The notes under the pieces are model-generated. The model saw only the letters and a list, made by a program, of their open reading frames with translations, ran no database searches and was not told where the DNA came from. A DNA stretch of 64,000 bases from contig JAKAKI010000034.1 in NCBI GenBank assembly GCA_021813505.1, forward strand, positions 10,059 through 74,058, written 5' to 3'. Of the stretch, positions 47,283-57,603 are shown one piece after another. The DNA comes from a bacterium. GTDB taxonomy: Bacteria > Zixibacteria > MSB-5A5 > WJJR01. The position numbers and the translations under genes were made by a program. Every line of letters starts with the position of its first letter. Positions within the stretch are counted from its first letter, which is position 1.

Positions 47283-48038
47283 CTACGCGCCAAACTGTAC
47301 ACCCAAAGTCGCCAGCCCGCCTTGGACCACGACCCAAACCAGCCATGCCACAAACACTGCCACCAGCGCCTTCTTTCCCGGCACACGCGCCAACACCGAC
47401 ACGGCGACTGAGGACAGCCATACCTGCCATAACGCAAACAACTCGAAAGACGATATCAGTTTCTTAATGAATGGACCGGTATCGGCTGAGGTCAGAACTC
47501 CGAGACCAATGGAGACATCCATCGAACCTTTGGCCATGACCATCGGCACCGTCACGATGCTGCCGGGGATGACGATCATCATCGTCCAGGCATAGGCGTT
47601 CAGCATCTTCAAGTACGAGCAATTCCCGCCCAGGAGAATGTTACCCAGAAACAGAAGAATTCCCGCGACCACAGCGAGCACCACCAGTTGCGTAGCGGGA
47701 ACGAAGAGCAGATATAATGGATTCTCGAATTGTGATTCCATCTTTTCGAGAATCTCGGCCCGCTGCGTTTCAGTCACTTGCGGATTGGCTTTCAATTGCT
47801 CCGTAACTCTCTCGATCTGGCTCTGCTTGACGACGTCTTTGATCGGCATGTAGGCGCAGATACTGATTGCCGCAACCACGACCCAAAGAATGACCCACTC
47901 ATGGTTGGGTTTGATGCTGGCGAAGGTCTTGCGCGGGTCAACAAACAGATTCCACAGCTTTCCGAAAAATCCCAGCTGTGGCTCCTCATTGATTGGTGGC
48001 TGTTCCACCATCTCCATGGGTTCACTGTTCAGGTCCAT
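47283..48038 (-). CDS. Yip1-family membrane protein
   Basis: The internal start MDLNSEPME... is followed by FFGKLWNLFVDPRKTF, typical of bacterial Yip1/DUF1282, and then 5 TM helices. The track ORF has an Arg/Cys-rich upstream extension that is unlikely to be coding. Confidence 0.5.
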   Translation of the reverse strand: MDLNSEPMEMVEQPPINEEPQLGFFGKLWNLFVDPRKTFASIKPNHEWVILWVVVAAISICAYMPIKDVVKQSQIERVTEQLKANPQVTETQRAEILEKMESQFENPLYLLFVPATQLVVLAVVAGILLFLGNILLGGNCSYLKMLNAYAWTMMIVIPGSIVTVPMVMAKGSMDVSIGLGVLTSADTGPFIKKLISSFELFALWQVWLSSVAVSVLARVPGKKALVAVFVAWLVWVVVQGGLATLGVQFGA

Positions 48039-48276
48039 GATTATCCACCTCCGATGTACAGGGCCGCGACCGCCGGGCGCCGCGACACATGGAAGTATCA
48101 GACGGCACCGGCAGCATAAAGTTTCAAGTTTCCGGCGGGGACGACCCCGCCCCCGCACCGGTTAGTTACCCCTTTTCACTCTGAAATTCAACGGCTGAAT
48201 CGGATGCGGATTTGGCAAAATCGTGGCAATTGCAGGTTGATGATACTGTTCGTTCAACGGGTATAAGCCGAATGTT

Positions 48277-48346
48277 GGGAGGGCAAGGCTCCTGCCGAGC
48301 CTTTTCGCCGCGCGGAAACATGGCTCGGCAGGAGCCTCGCCCTCCC
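48277..48346. repeat. REP-like palindromic element, copy 2 (25-nt arms, 20-nt loop)
   Basis: gggagggcaaggctcctgccgagcc (48277-48301) pairs with ggctcggcaggagcctcgccctccc (48322-48346) with 1 mismatch. The loop ttttcgccgcgcggaaacat contains a cgccgcgcgg palindrome. The arms are >90% identical to copy 1 at 5926-6031. Confidence 0.6.
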
Positions 48347-48359
48347 CGGGAAAGTCGTC

Positions 48360-49679
48360 TCAATTGCGCCAGACCTGAATGGTTTGGTAGAAGAACTTTC
48401 CGACAATCGTTTTCAAGATGATTGCGATCATCAGAGAACCCGCAAAGACCATCGTCATCCTTCGCGGCGCATTGGCAAGCCAGACCCGGACACGGGCGAA
48501 CCGCTCGTGGACCAGCCAACCACCGGCCATGGCGATCAACGTGTAGGCGGGAAAGACGTAGCGGTCCGCCTTTCGTTCGAAGAATGCCATTAGAAGGACG
48601 AGCGTGGCGGCGGATACCAGCAGCCAGCGCCACGCAGTGGAGCCGGGATAGACCTTTGAGGCCGAATCACGCCGCGGCCACCATCGGGCTGCCAGCAGGA
48701 AGAGGCTCCACGGCAGAGCGAAATACAGGATGCGACCCAGGTACCAGACCAGATTGTAGAGCTTGCTCCATGGCGAAAGTGACTTTACGGCAATCCCCGC
48801 CTGGATTGTCATGTAGGTGAACCAGAACTCCTCGCCCGTATGAAGGCGATATCGCCACTCGAACAGGGCGCAGATCAGCAGCATAAAAACGGTTCCGAAT
48901 ATCAGGGTAAGGAAGCGCCAGCGATCCCGTGTCCAAAAGAGCCAGAAGATGCCAGCGAAAATCGGCACGATCAGCCCCTGCATTCCTTTGACGAATACCG
49001 CGAATGTGACAGCTGCCGCGAATAGAAGCCGGGCGAGCGGCAGACGGTCGGCTCGCACGAAGGCGTAGAGTCCCATCACCGTGGCCAAAGTCAGCGGCGG
49101 TTCGAGGTTCCCGCGAATCAGGTATTGCAGGGTGACCGGTATGAGGAACGCGGCCCAGACCATCGCCCAACCAAGTGTTGGTCCGTCGAGGTGGCGCCCA
49201 AATTTGAAGATGAAAAGGAAATTCAGGAGGTAGTATAGCAGATTGGCGATCGCCGCCGCCTGCCCCGCCGGGGCGCCCAATCGAATCAGCGACGCCGATA
49301 CCCAGAGGACACCCGGCGGGTGCTCGCGGAAGAGTCCCTCCCGGTCCCAAAATCCCGACCACTGGGGTGCGATCCACTCACAGATCGGCTGCTTTGCGAT
49401 CGTCTGGGCGATGTCGCTGTAAAGCTTCGAGTCGGCGTCGCGGAACTGCACATCCACCGCCCACACGAGAATCACGAAGGTGAGAATGAGGATCAGCCAA
49501 ATCGCCCAGAGCGCGAAATCCGGCGTCTTTCGTGATGCGACCAACTCAGGCACAGGAGAGGATAGTCGTCCCCGCCTAGATGTTGCAAGGGCTTTCCCGG
49601 AAGTGCCTAACGGGAAGGGCGTGTAACGGACATCGGCCCGGACTCCCACCCGGAGGGGGCGTGCTGAAAAATAGGCCAA
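48360..49679 (-). CDS. Polytopic membrane protein, possibly glycosyltransferase family 39/ArnT-like (PMT_2)
   Basis: A 439-aa protein with >8 TM helices. The first extracytoplasmic loop has acidic residues (VDVQFRDADSKLYSD). Overall topology resembles GT-C membrane glycosyltransferases. This is a weak call. Confidence 0.4.
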   Translation of the reverse strand: MAYFSARPLRVGVRADVRYTPFPLGTSGKALATSRRGRLSSPVPELVASRKTPDFALWAIWLILILTFVILVWAVDVQFRDADSKLYSDIAQTIAKQPICEWIAPQWSGFWDREGLFREHPPGVLWVSASLIRLGAPAGQAAAIANLLYYLLNFLFIFKFGRHLDGPTLGWAMVWAAFLIPVTLQYLIRGNLEPPLTLATVMGLYAFVRADRLPLARLLFAAAVTFAVFVKGMQGLIVPIFAGIFWLFWTRDRWRFLTLIFGTVFMLLICALFEWRYRLHTGEEFWFTYMTIQAGIAVKSLSPWSKLYNLVWYLGRILYFALPWSLFLLAARWWPRRDSASKVYPGSTAWRWLLVSAATLVLLMAFFERKADRYVFPAYTLIAMAGGWLVHERFARVRVWLANAPRRMTMVFAGSLMIAIILKTIVGKFFYQTIQVWRN

Positions 49680-49711
49680 TGATCAACTCGAAGGCTTGTC
49701 TATTCGGGTGC

Positions 49712-49836
49712 CACGGACAAGGAAGACCGAGCGGCTTTTCTGCTCGGTCTTCCTTGTCCGTGTCGTTCCTCTGTTGGCGAGAAGAAGACACGGACAAGCA
49801 GATTCTCCAAGGAGCCGGAGAATCTGCTTGTCCGTG
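49712..49836. repeat. Two tandem GC-rich hairpins sharing a CACGGACAAG core (21-bp stem/9-nt loop and 20-bp stem/8-nt loop)
   Basis: Hairpin A pairs 49712-49732 with 49742-49762 perfectly. Hairpin B pairs 49789-49808 with 49817-49836 perfectly. Both left arms begin cacggacaag. They lie in the intergenic gap between the DUF4175 stop and the downstream membrane-protein start. Confidence 0.6.
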
Positions 49837-50002
49837 GCACCCTGTTGGAATGCCGGGCTCGTAACAGGCCCAATCGAGTGGCGCATCGAGCGCTTCGTCA
49901 TCGGGGATTGAGTAAGCGCGTGTGCGGGCGATTGACAATCGTCCAAACGAAAACGGGCGCCGATTCGGCACCCGTCATCATGGAAGTCAAGGTCAGGATC
50001 GT

Positions 50003-53000
50003 CTACTTCCCGCGAGCCTCAACCAAGGCGCGGAAGTAGGCTTTGATGGTCTCTTCGTATTCTTTCGGATAGCCTTCTTCCTGATAGCGGGTCAGGAGAC
50101 GTTCGTATTCCTCGTCGGTGAGGCCGCGTCCGGCATCAAGCGGGCCGGGAGACTGGCGCAGCATGTTATCGCCGAACTGTGCTTTGCGCTCCTCTTTGTA
50201 GTCTTGCTTCTGCATGGAACGCTGGAAATCGAGCATCCGCGTGTAGATGCGGCGCTGGCGGTCCCGTGTTTCCTCGGTCACTTTGGACTGATCCAAATCC
50301 GAGATCACCTTTTGCATTTCCTCGCCGAGTTTGTCGAGGCGTCCGGGCAGATCGCGGCGATCACCCAGTTCTTTACTAACCTCGCTCACACCCTTCTGAA
50401 TCGCCTGCTGTTCGGCGCGCAGGCGGGCCATCTGCTGTCGCTCTTCATTGGACATCGAGCCGCCCGTCTGGTCACTACCAGGCATCTGGCCATTCAGTCT
50501 TCCCTGCTGCTGTGACAATTGCTGCATCTTGCCCATGGCGCCGTTGCCGCCCGGCTTGTCGCAGGAGCCGGAGCCAGGATTCTTGCATTGCCCTGAGTTC
50601 TTTTCCATCGCATCGGCGATTTGCTGGGCGGTCTGATTCAGATCGAACAGCGATTCGCGCTGGTTGCTCTGGGCGGTTGGTCCCTGGCGCTGTGAGAGCG
50701 CTTCGGCGGAAGACTGCATCCGGGACGCAGATCCCGAAAGGTTCTGCCCCATCTGATTGGACAGGCAGGTCGATTTCTTTCCGAGTTCCGCCAGTTGGGT
50801 GGCCAGCTTTTCGGTCGAGGAGCGAAGCGCCTCCTGCTCGGCGGCCATATCCCGTAGCGAGAGTGACGTGGGATCCACCTGACCCGTCTTGTCCATCAGT
50901 TCTTCTTGTTTGTCCGATACGTAAAGGACCTTGTCCAGCGCTTCCCGGAGCTGCTTGGCCATTTCGGCCTGCATCTTCGAGGACATTTGCTGCTGGAACG
51001 ACTTCATCTCATCCAGCAGGGCTTTGAGGGAAGTGGAGCACTGGCCGCCTGACTGCTGCGCGGCATCTTTGTTCTGCTCCGACATGTTCTGGGCTGTCTG
51101 CTTCATCTGCGACGGCGCGGGCGACTTTTGCGCGGCTTGCGTAAACTCCTGAATCTTGGGGGGCGCCGCCACCTGATTGGCCGCCAGCATCGACTCCGCA
51201 GCCATCATGTCCTGGGCAAGCTTGTCGAAATTCGATTTGAGCTTTTCCTGGGATGGCGCCATGTCGGGAAGCTTATCCTTGGGTGTTTCCCCGGCTTCCT
51301 TGTTGAGCGCATCCTGCTGGGCCAGCATCTGCTCGACGCGTTTGATGAAGGCGTCGACTTTCTGCTCCGCCTGGAGCTTCTTCAGATAGGCGAGGGTCCG
51401 TTCGAGGCGCTTAAGCATCTCCTCCTGGGAGAGATCCATCTTCGCGAGTGCGTCCTGAACCTCCTTGGGATCAAGCTGCTTCATGGCTTCCTGCAGCTTG
51501 CGCATCGCCTCTTTCATTTCATCCGTGGCCACTTCGTTGAATAACTGCTGGGCCTCGATCATCTTCTGGATCAGTTCCGCCGATTGCAGCTTTTTCTGCT
51601 GGGCCTGCTGGATCTGCTCCTGCATGCTCTGGGCAATATCATCCAGTTCTTTGTTGAGCTTCTGCCCCTGGGAGGCGACTTCCTCCAGGCCCTTCTGCTT
51701 GTTCCAGTCGATTTCTTTTTGGCCGGCAATCTCGCGGCGCAAGTCTTCAAGCTTGTTGTTCAACTCCCGCTCACCCTCGAGGATTCGATCGAGCGCACTC
51801 ACGTCCTCATCGCGCGCCATCTCGTTCTCGGCGATTTGCTCATCGAGCGAGGGCAGCCGGACCGAGAACGTTTTGCTCGACCCGTTTTGCGGCGCGGGGT
51901 TCTGATCGTTGTCCCAGACTTCGGCGTAGTAGTGGACAACGTCCTCGGGGAGCAGGCCCCAATTCGCCAAATCCCAGAAGTACCCCGTCTCGAGACGCTC
52001 ACCCGTCAGCGCGGAACCCGGAATCACGAAATCGCGCACCGCCCGTTCGCGGCCTTCGGACAACCAGCGCGTGTGCAGCACCATCTTGGTGAAGCCGTAG
52101 TCATCGTGCGCCACAATTTTGAGGTCGACCGACATGGCGTCGCTGAGGTCCATGTTGTGGCCGGGCATGACAATCTCGACAGTCGGCGCCCGGTCGGGGA
52201 TCGCCGTGATCGAATACTCGATCGGATGCGGATTGGAGCGGCCACTGGCATCGAGCAGCGTGACATGGTAAGAGCGATTCTTGTCGATTGTCAGTTCGGT
52301 CGAGGCGCTCTGGGAGCGAATCTCCAATGCCCGGCTGCTGCCATCCGAGAAGGCCATGGAGGCCGAGGAGAGCGGACGGTTGCTTTCCACCCGGAATTTG
52401 ACGGTGGTTCCGACCGGAGCGGAAATCGTGCCGTCGTTTTCATCGACGACACTGGGAGCGATTCCCGTGTATTTCGGCGGGAAGATCTCCAGACGCAAGC
52501 CCGTGACAACGGGGCGGTCGACGGCGGTGACCTTGTAGGTGGGCGAGGTCCGCTCGCCGGCGGTGACGAAATACTCGAAGTCGTATTTGATCTGGGAAAT
52601 CGTGTGGCGGAACTCAGCCTGGCTGACTCCCTTGGCGCCGCCCTCATCCCTGGTCACGGCCAAAGCCGGGACGGGTCCCAGGATTCGCCAATCACCACCG
52701 GCGCTGCGCTGGTGAATGGTGGCATTCTCGGGCAGACTGGCGCCGGTGACCCGGGCGACGATCTTGAAATCATCGAATTTGACGGCCTCGACCGAACCCG
52801 GCTCGATGCTCAGATCATACGGCACCGACGCTGAGTAATCGGTCAATGGGTTGGAATACGCCTGCCATGACCGCGAGGCCAGACTGGGAAACAGCAATGC
52901 CAGCAGAAGCCCGCTGCCCAAGCCAATGCCGGCGAGACGCGCCGACCGTTTGACACGGGCGCGGTCCAACGAAGCGGCAAAGTCGATGCCATTGCACATC

Positions 53001-53407
53001 TCCATCGCCTGCCGGATTGTCAGATCGATCAAATCCAGCGAGTACCCCTCCGGGTTGGCGCGCGCCCGATCCGCCAACTGCAGGGCGGCAATCAGGCGAT
53101 TCTTCAACTCCGGATTGCGATGTTCGACGGCCAGAGCCAGATGGGCATATTTGGGGGCACGCACGGTTGATTTGGCCACTGCCCATAGCACCAACCCCAG
53201 CGCCGACGCACCGAGGATCGAGACAATCGTGACGCGGACGGTCGTCGATGGAATCACCAGTGCCAGCGTCGCGGAGAGAACCACAAAGGCAATTCCCAAG
53301 GCCGCGAGCAGAAGACTCATCTGTGTCGCCCACTCGAGTGCGATCCAACGGCGGCGCATACTTCTGAGGCGGTCTATCAGTTGGCTGTAACCCGGCATCG
53401 GTGACAT
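50003..53407 (-). CDS. DUF4175-like large membrane-anchored protein (N-terminal double TM anchor, long Gln/Glu/Lys-rich coiled-coil C-terminal half)
   Basis: An 1134-aa protein with two N-terminal TM helices (WIALEWATQMSLLLAALGIAFVVL, VTIVSILGASALGLVLWAV). There is a beta-rich middle region. The C-terminal ~500 aa are low-complexity coiled coil (QEQIQQAQQKKLQSAELIQKMIEAQQ...). It pairs with the adjacent DUF4159 gene. Confidence 0.5.
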   Translation of the reverse strand: MSPMPGYSQLIDRLRSMRRRWIALEWATQMSLLLAALGIAFVVLSATLALVIPSTTVRVTIVSILGASALGLVLWAVAKSTVRAPKYAHLALAVEHRNPELKNRLIAALQLADRARANPEGYSLDLIDLTIRQAMEMCNGIDFAASLDRARVKRSARLAGIGLGSGLLLALLFPSLASRSWQAYSNPLTDYSASVPYDLSIEPGSVEAVKFDDFKIVARVTGASLPENATIHQRSAGGDWRILGPVPALAVTRDEGGAKGVSQAEFRHTISQIKYDFEYFVTAGERTSPTYKVTAVDRPVVTGLRLEIFPPKYTGIAPSVVDENDGTISAPVGTTVKFRVESNRPLSSASMAFSDGSSRALEIRSQSASTELTIDKNRSYHVTLLDASGRSNPHPIEYSITAIPDRAPTVEIVMPGHNMDLSDAMSVDLKIVAHDDYGFTKMVLHTRWLSEGRERAVRDFVIPGSALTGERLETGYFWDLANWGLLPEDVVHYYAEVWDNDQNPAPQNGSSKTFSVRLPSLDEQIAENEMARDEDVSALDRILEGERELNNKLEDLRREIAGQKEIDWNKQKGLEEVASQGQKLNKELDDIAQSMQEQIQQAQQKKLQSAELIQKMIEAQQLFNEVATDEMKEAMRKLQEAMKQLDPKEVQDALAKMDLSQEEMLKRLERTLAYLKKLQAEQKVDAFIKRVEQMLAQQDALNKEAGETPKDKLPDMAPSQEKLKSNFDKLAQDMMAAESMLAANQVAAPPKIQEFTQAAQKSPAPSQMKQTAQNMSEQNKDAAQQSGGQCSTSLKALLDEMKSFQQQMSSKMQAEMAKQLREALDKVLYVSDKQEELMDKTGQVDPTSLSLRDMAAEQEALRSSTEKLATQLAELGKKSTCLSNQMGQNLSGSASRMQSSAEALSQRQGPTAQSNQRESLFDLNQTAQQIADAMEKNSGQCKNPGSGSCDKPGGNGAMGKMQQLSQQQGRLNGQMPGSDQTGGSMSNEERQQMARLRAEQQAIQKGVSEVSKELGDRRDLPGRLDKLGEEMQKVISDLDQSKVTEETRDRQRRIYTRMLDFQRSMQKQDYKEERKAQFGDNMLRQSPGPLDAGRGLTDEEYERLLTRYQEEGYPKEYEETIKAYFRALVEARGK

Positions 53408-53561
53408 GGGTGCTGCTCCCTGGTAAGCTCAAACGTGATCAGTAATCAAATGAACGACAGCGCCCTCCGGCGCTTACACCTTCTACGTTCTATCCTTTGA
53501 TATCGACGGCGCGATAATGGGACTTGGGGGGCTCTTTGCAGACGATTTTCATCCGCATAAC

Positions 53562-54326
53562 TCAATGCGTCAGTGCGTAGACGGCGAGATTGGTCCCCAG
53601 CCGCAGAGCCTCCAAGCGCTTCTCCGGCGGGTCCTTGTGCACCTGGGGATCCTCCCAGCCGTCGCCGATGTCCGATTCCACCAGGTAATAGACCACGACC
53701 CGGTCGTGATCGAGGATCGCATATCCCCGGGGCGGCTTGCCGTCGTGCTTGTGAATCTTGGGCGGTCCGTCGGGAAATTCGAACGGCTCATGGTAGATGG
53801 AGTGGGAAAACGGCAGTTCCACCATGTCCCGATCCGGGAAGATGCGCCTGAGTTCCCGCCGCACCGCCGCATCCATCCCGTAAGAATCGTTGATAAACCA
53901 GAACCCGCCACCCAGCAAGTAGCGGCGCATTTGTTCGAGCTCCGCATCGGAAAATCGCATGTTGCCGTGCCCGGTGCAGTAGATGAAGGGATGGTAGAAA
54001 AGATCGTGGTCCGATGGCTTCGTCCGTACCTCCTGATCGTTGATAAGGATGTCGGTGTTCTCTTTGATAAAGCCGAGGAGGTTCGGCAGCGCCGACGGCC
54101 CCCAATACCAGTCCCCGCCTCCCGGGTATTGCAGACGGGCCACGGTGAACTGAGAAGGATCGGCCGGAATCGGTTCCGGCGCGGGCCCTCGACGGGTTAC
54201 CTGACTGGAAACCAGTGAGGCAGAGACGCCGGTCCAGAGCAGGGTGAAGATGATTGGTGCGATCAGGCGGCGGGGAGTCATAGGGTTACCACACTTGACA
54301 TGAACGAGACACGGGATCAACAGCAC
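53562..54326 (-). CDS. DUF4159-domain protein (secreted)
   Basis: ...HPFIYCTGHGNMRFSDAELEQMRRYLLGGGFWFINDSYG... matches the DUF4159 core. The signal peptide starts at the internal MTPRRLIAPIIFTLLWTGVSASLVSS (~54281). Confidence 0.55.
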   Translation of the reverse strand: MLLIPCLVHVKCGNPMTPRRLIAPIIFTLLWTGVSASLVSSQVTRRGPAPEPIPADPSQFTVARLQYPGGGDWYWGPSALPNLLGFIKENTDILINDQEVRTKPSDHDLFYHPFIYCTGHGNMRFSDAELEQMRRYLLGGGFWFINDSYGMDAAVRRELRRIFPDRDMVELPFSHSIYHEPFEFPDGPPKIHKHDGKPPRGYAILDHDRVVVYYLVESDIGDGWEDPQVHKDPPEKRLEALRLGTNLAVYALTH

Positions 54327-54366
54327 AACTCAAAGCGGCCTTCACCGCCCAATTGCGTCTTACCCG

Positions 54367-54855
54367 TTAACGGGCCGGCGGGTTGTCATAGACCCGGTCT
54401 TTTCCGTCGAATCCCGGCGAAAAGACAGATATGACCACAGCCGGTTTGGCTCCCATGTTATAGAACGAATGCGATGCGCCCTTGGGGATGTGAATCACCT
54501 GCCCGGCGGCGACTTTGTACTTCACACCATCGACCACCAAGCGCCCGGAACCGCGAATGACCCACACGTTTTCCTCGTGGGCCAAGTGCCGGTGCGACTG
54601 GATCACGCCCCTGATCTGCGTCAGATGAATGCTGGAAAGCGAGTCGTGCTTGATCTCATCGGTGCGCATCGGCTGATCAGCCGCCAATGGGTGATCCATC
54701 AAGAGCGTGTCGATATCGTACACCCCAAAACCAGGAGTTGGTGCGGCGCTGGCACCGATAGAACTGAGCCATACGATCGCGGCGACCAGCGCCACGATCT
54801 GAAAGCCGTGTTTCACGTTTCTGGACATCATACCTCCCTGCCCTCTACGAGGCAC
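54367..54855 (-). CDS. Cupin-domain protein (secreted)
   Basis: N-terminal signal peptide. Cupin_2-like motifs HRHLAHEENVWVIRGSGRLVVDG...GQVIHIPKGASHSF. Confidence 0.6.
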   Translation of the reverse strand: MPRRGQGGMMSRNVKHGFQIVALVAAIVWLSSIGASAAPTPGFGVYDIDTLLMDHPLAADQPMRTDEIKHDSLSSIHLTQIRGVIQSHRHLAHEENVWVIRGSGRLVVDGVKYKVAAGQVIHIPKGASHSFYNMGAKPAVVISVFSPGFDGKDRVYDNPPAR

Positions 54856-54920
54856 GGCGACAAGATAAAGGCGCCGGACCTCTGGCGCCTTGAAATTTCC
54901 TCAAACCATTGGTCCAGAAC

Positions 54921-55850
54921 TCAGGACTTAAACCGTTTCGGGCTGCGGCTTTCCCATTCCACATAGATGGGAGAGGCGACAAGCCACGACGAGTAGGTAC
55001 CGATCACCACACCGAGGATCAGGCACATTGAGAAGTCGCGCAGCACGGGGCCGCCAAACAGATAGAGCGCAATAACCACCGCCAGTACCGTGCTGGAAGT
55101 GAGGATGGTTCGCGACAGCATTTCATTGATGGACGTGTTGATGGCCGGGATGAAATCGGCCTTCTTGTGAAACTTCTTAAGGTTTTCCCGGATTCGGTCA
55201 TACACAATGACGGTGTCAGTCAATGAGTACCCGGCGAGTGTCAAGAGTGCAGTGATCACCAGAATCGTGATCTCGACATTGAAAATGTAGAGGATACCCA
55301 GCACTGCCAGAATATCGTGGAAGGTGGCAATTGTGGCCGCCACTCCGAACCGGAAGTCAAAACGCACCGTGATGTAAACGAGAATCCCAAGGAGCGAGAC
55401 CAGCACGGCCCACCGCGCCTGACTCTGGAGTGTCTTGCCCACCGCCGGTCCAACCTCATGGATCGAGTCCATGTGGAACGAGTTCCCGGGGAATGCCTTC
55501 CGGATTGCTTCCAGCACCGTCTGACCGGCCTGCTTGCTGAGCGCGGGGTCGGCCTTGACACGAACGAGGAAGCTGTTGGCCTGCGCGCGTCCCTGCAATT
55601 GCTGGATTTCCGCATCGGCGAACCCTGAGGACGACAGGGCGCTGCGCAGCGCACCGACGTCAACCGGCTGCTCGAAGTACCCCTCCAGCATCGTGCCGCC
55701 GATAAACTGGATTCCGAGGTTTCCCTTCCCCATGGAAAGCATGACCATGGCCACGAGTCCCATGGCCACCAATATCCCGGAAACGAGGAAGGCTATCTTC
55801 CGTTTGCCGATGAAATCGACATGTGTATCGCCAATAATGCGAATGGGCAT
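54921..55850 (-). CDS. secF: Protein translocase subunit SecF
   Basis: A 309-aa protein with ...FGVAATIATFHDILAVLGILYI... and 6 TM helices. It is immediately downstream of secD. Confidence 0.88.
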   Translation of the reverse strand: MPIRIIGDTHVDFIGKRKIAFLVSGILVAMGLVAMVMLSMGKGNLGIQFIGGTMLEGYFEQPVDVGALRSALSSSGFADAEIQQLQGRAQANSFLVRVKADPALSKQAGQTVLEAIRKAFPGNSFHMDSIHEVGPAVGKTLQSQARWAVLVSLLGILVYITVRFDFRFGVAATIATFHDILAVLGILYIFNVEITILVITALLTLAGYSLTDTVIVYDRIRENLKKFHKKADFIPAINTSINEMLSRTILTSSTVLAVVIALYLFGGPVLRDFSMCLILGVVIGTYSSWLVASPIYVEWESRSPKRFKS

Positions 55851-55902
55851 TCTTCAACTCCTCAATAACGACGTCAGTCTGCTGGTCCTCGTCGACTCCC
55901 GA

Positions 55903-57603
55903 TTAGATCGACAGTGTCTTGTATTCCCGGCGGATATCAAACACAACCCGCGTTCCGACAACGGCGGTGAAAAGACTGATCGCCACGCCCCAGAAGAGAG
56001 TCACGGCGAATCCCTTGACCGGACCGGTGCCGAACATAAACAGCGCCAGTGCGGTGATCAGCGTGGTCACGTGCGAGTCGATGATCGTCACCATCGCGCG
56101 GGAATACCCGGCGTCAATGGCGTTTTTGACGCTCTTGCCTGCTCGAAGTTCCTCGCGGATGCGCTCGAAAATCAGAACGTTTGAGTCGACCGAGATACCG
56201 ACCGTGAGCACAATCCCCGCGATACCCGGCATCGTCAGTGTCGCGTGCAGAACCGCCAGAACCGCCATGAGGAATAAGACGTTGAGCATCACGGCGAAGT
56301 CGGCGATCACACCCGACAATTGATAGTAGATGCCGATGATGAGTACGACCGCAAGGCCTCCCAACAGCGACGCGAGAAATCCTTTGGTGATCGAATCGCT
56401 TCCCAATGACGGACCGATCACATTGTTTTCGATGATCTTCACCGGAGCGGGAAGCGCACCGGCGCGCAGCACGATTGCCAGGTCGTTGGCCTGCTCATAG
56501 CTGCTGCCGGTTCCCATGGTGATCTGCCCGCGGTCGTTGATGCGGGATTGAATCTCGGGGTCGGATTCGACTCTGCCGTCCAGCACGATGGCCAGAGGCT
56601 TGCCGATATTGGCGCCCGTCAACCGGGCAAACTGCCGTCCACCCTCACGGGTGAGCTGGAACGACACGATGGGCTTGCGGAACTGATCGAAGCTCGGCTT
56701 GGCATCCGTGAGGTACTTCCCCGACATTTCGGTCTGCTTCTTCAGTACGTAGAGCTGCTCTTCTTCAACCCCGCCCGTGAACGAGCTCTTGGTGCTCCAG
56801 GCGAATTCGACGTCGGGCGGGATCAGCTTTTGAACCTCGGGCCGGGCCAGCAGATTCTTAACCAGCGGCACCTCATCCTTGCGAACCGACCAGGTGCCAC
56901 CACGGCGCCCGGGGTCGAGCAGCGAGGACAAAGGCCGCTCTTTGGGGATTTGTGGCGGCAGCACTTCGCCGGTGTCCTGTGAGGCCAGCGCACCAGTGGA
57001 GTCGCTTTTGGGCTTAGTTGAATCTTTCGAGAACAGGTCTTTCAGGACATCGTCTTTGGGCTTGTCTGTCGCCGTGGACGTATCCGTCGGCGAGCTCGAG
57101 GTATCGCTCCCACCGATGGCTTCGAGGCTCTTGTCAATCCGATCAACCAGGAGTTGAGCTTTTTCCGGGGTCTCGGTCAGCTTGAACTCCAGTTGGGCGG
57201 TACGCCCGATAAGTTCTTGGGCGCGTTCGACATCGGTAATTCCCGGCAGTTCCACGACGATACGGTCGGGGCCCTGCTTTTGAATCACGGGCTCTGTCAC
57301 GCCAAACGCGTCGACACGATTCCGCAGGATTTCTTTCGCCCGGTCAACGGCATCGGTCGCTTCATCCGGATTCAGTTTGGAGCGGTCGACTTCGAGGACT
57401 ACGTGCATCCCACCCTTGAGGTCCAAACCCAGCTTGATTGCCTTGCGCTGGAGATCAATCCACCCCTTCGGGTCATTCTTTGCCATTTCGTCCCGTTCAG
57501 CCGAACTCATCTGCCACAACTGAATACTGGGGTAGAGATACCAGAGCGAACCCAGTATCAGGAAGACAATCAGGCCGATTTTCCAAGCTACGCCACGCGG
57601 CAT
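55903..57603 (-). CDS. secD: Protein translocase subunit SecD
   Basis: A 566-aa protein with a large periplasmic domain (LGLDLKGGMHVVLEVD) and a C-terminal SecD/F TM bundle. Confidence 0.9.
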   Translation of the reverse strand: MPRGVAWKIGLIVFLILGSLWYLYPSIQLWQMSSAERDEMAKNDPKGWIDLQRKAIKLGLDLKGGMHVVLEVDRSKLNPDEATDAVDRAKEILRNRVDAFGVTEPVIQKQGPDRIVVELPGITDVERAQELIGRTAQLEFKLTETPEKAQLLVDRIDKSLEAIGGSDTSSSPTDTSTATDKPKDDVLKDLFSKDSTKPKSDSTGALASQDTGEVLPPQIPKERPLSSLLDPGRRGGTWSVRKDEVPLVKNLLARPEVQKLIPPDVEFAWSTKSSFTGGVEEEQLYVLKKQTEMSGKYLTDAKPSFDQFRKPIVSFQLTREGGRQFARLTGANIGKPLAIVLDGRVESDPEIQSRINDRGQITMGTGSSYEQANDLAIVLRAGALPAPVKIIENNVIGPSLGSDSITKGFLASLLGGLAVVLIIGIYYQLSGVIADFAVMLNVLFLMAVLAVLHATLTMPGIAGIVLTVGISVDSNVLIFERIREELRAGKSVKNAIDAGYSRAMVTIIDSHVTTLITALALFMFGTGPVKGFAVTLFWGVAISLFTAVVGTRVVFDIRREYKTLSI

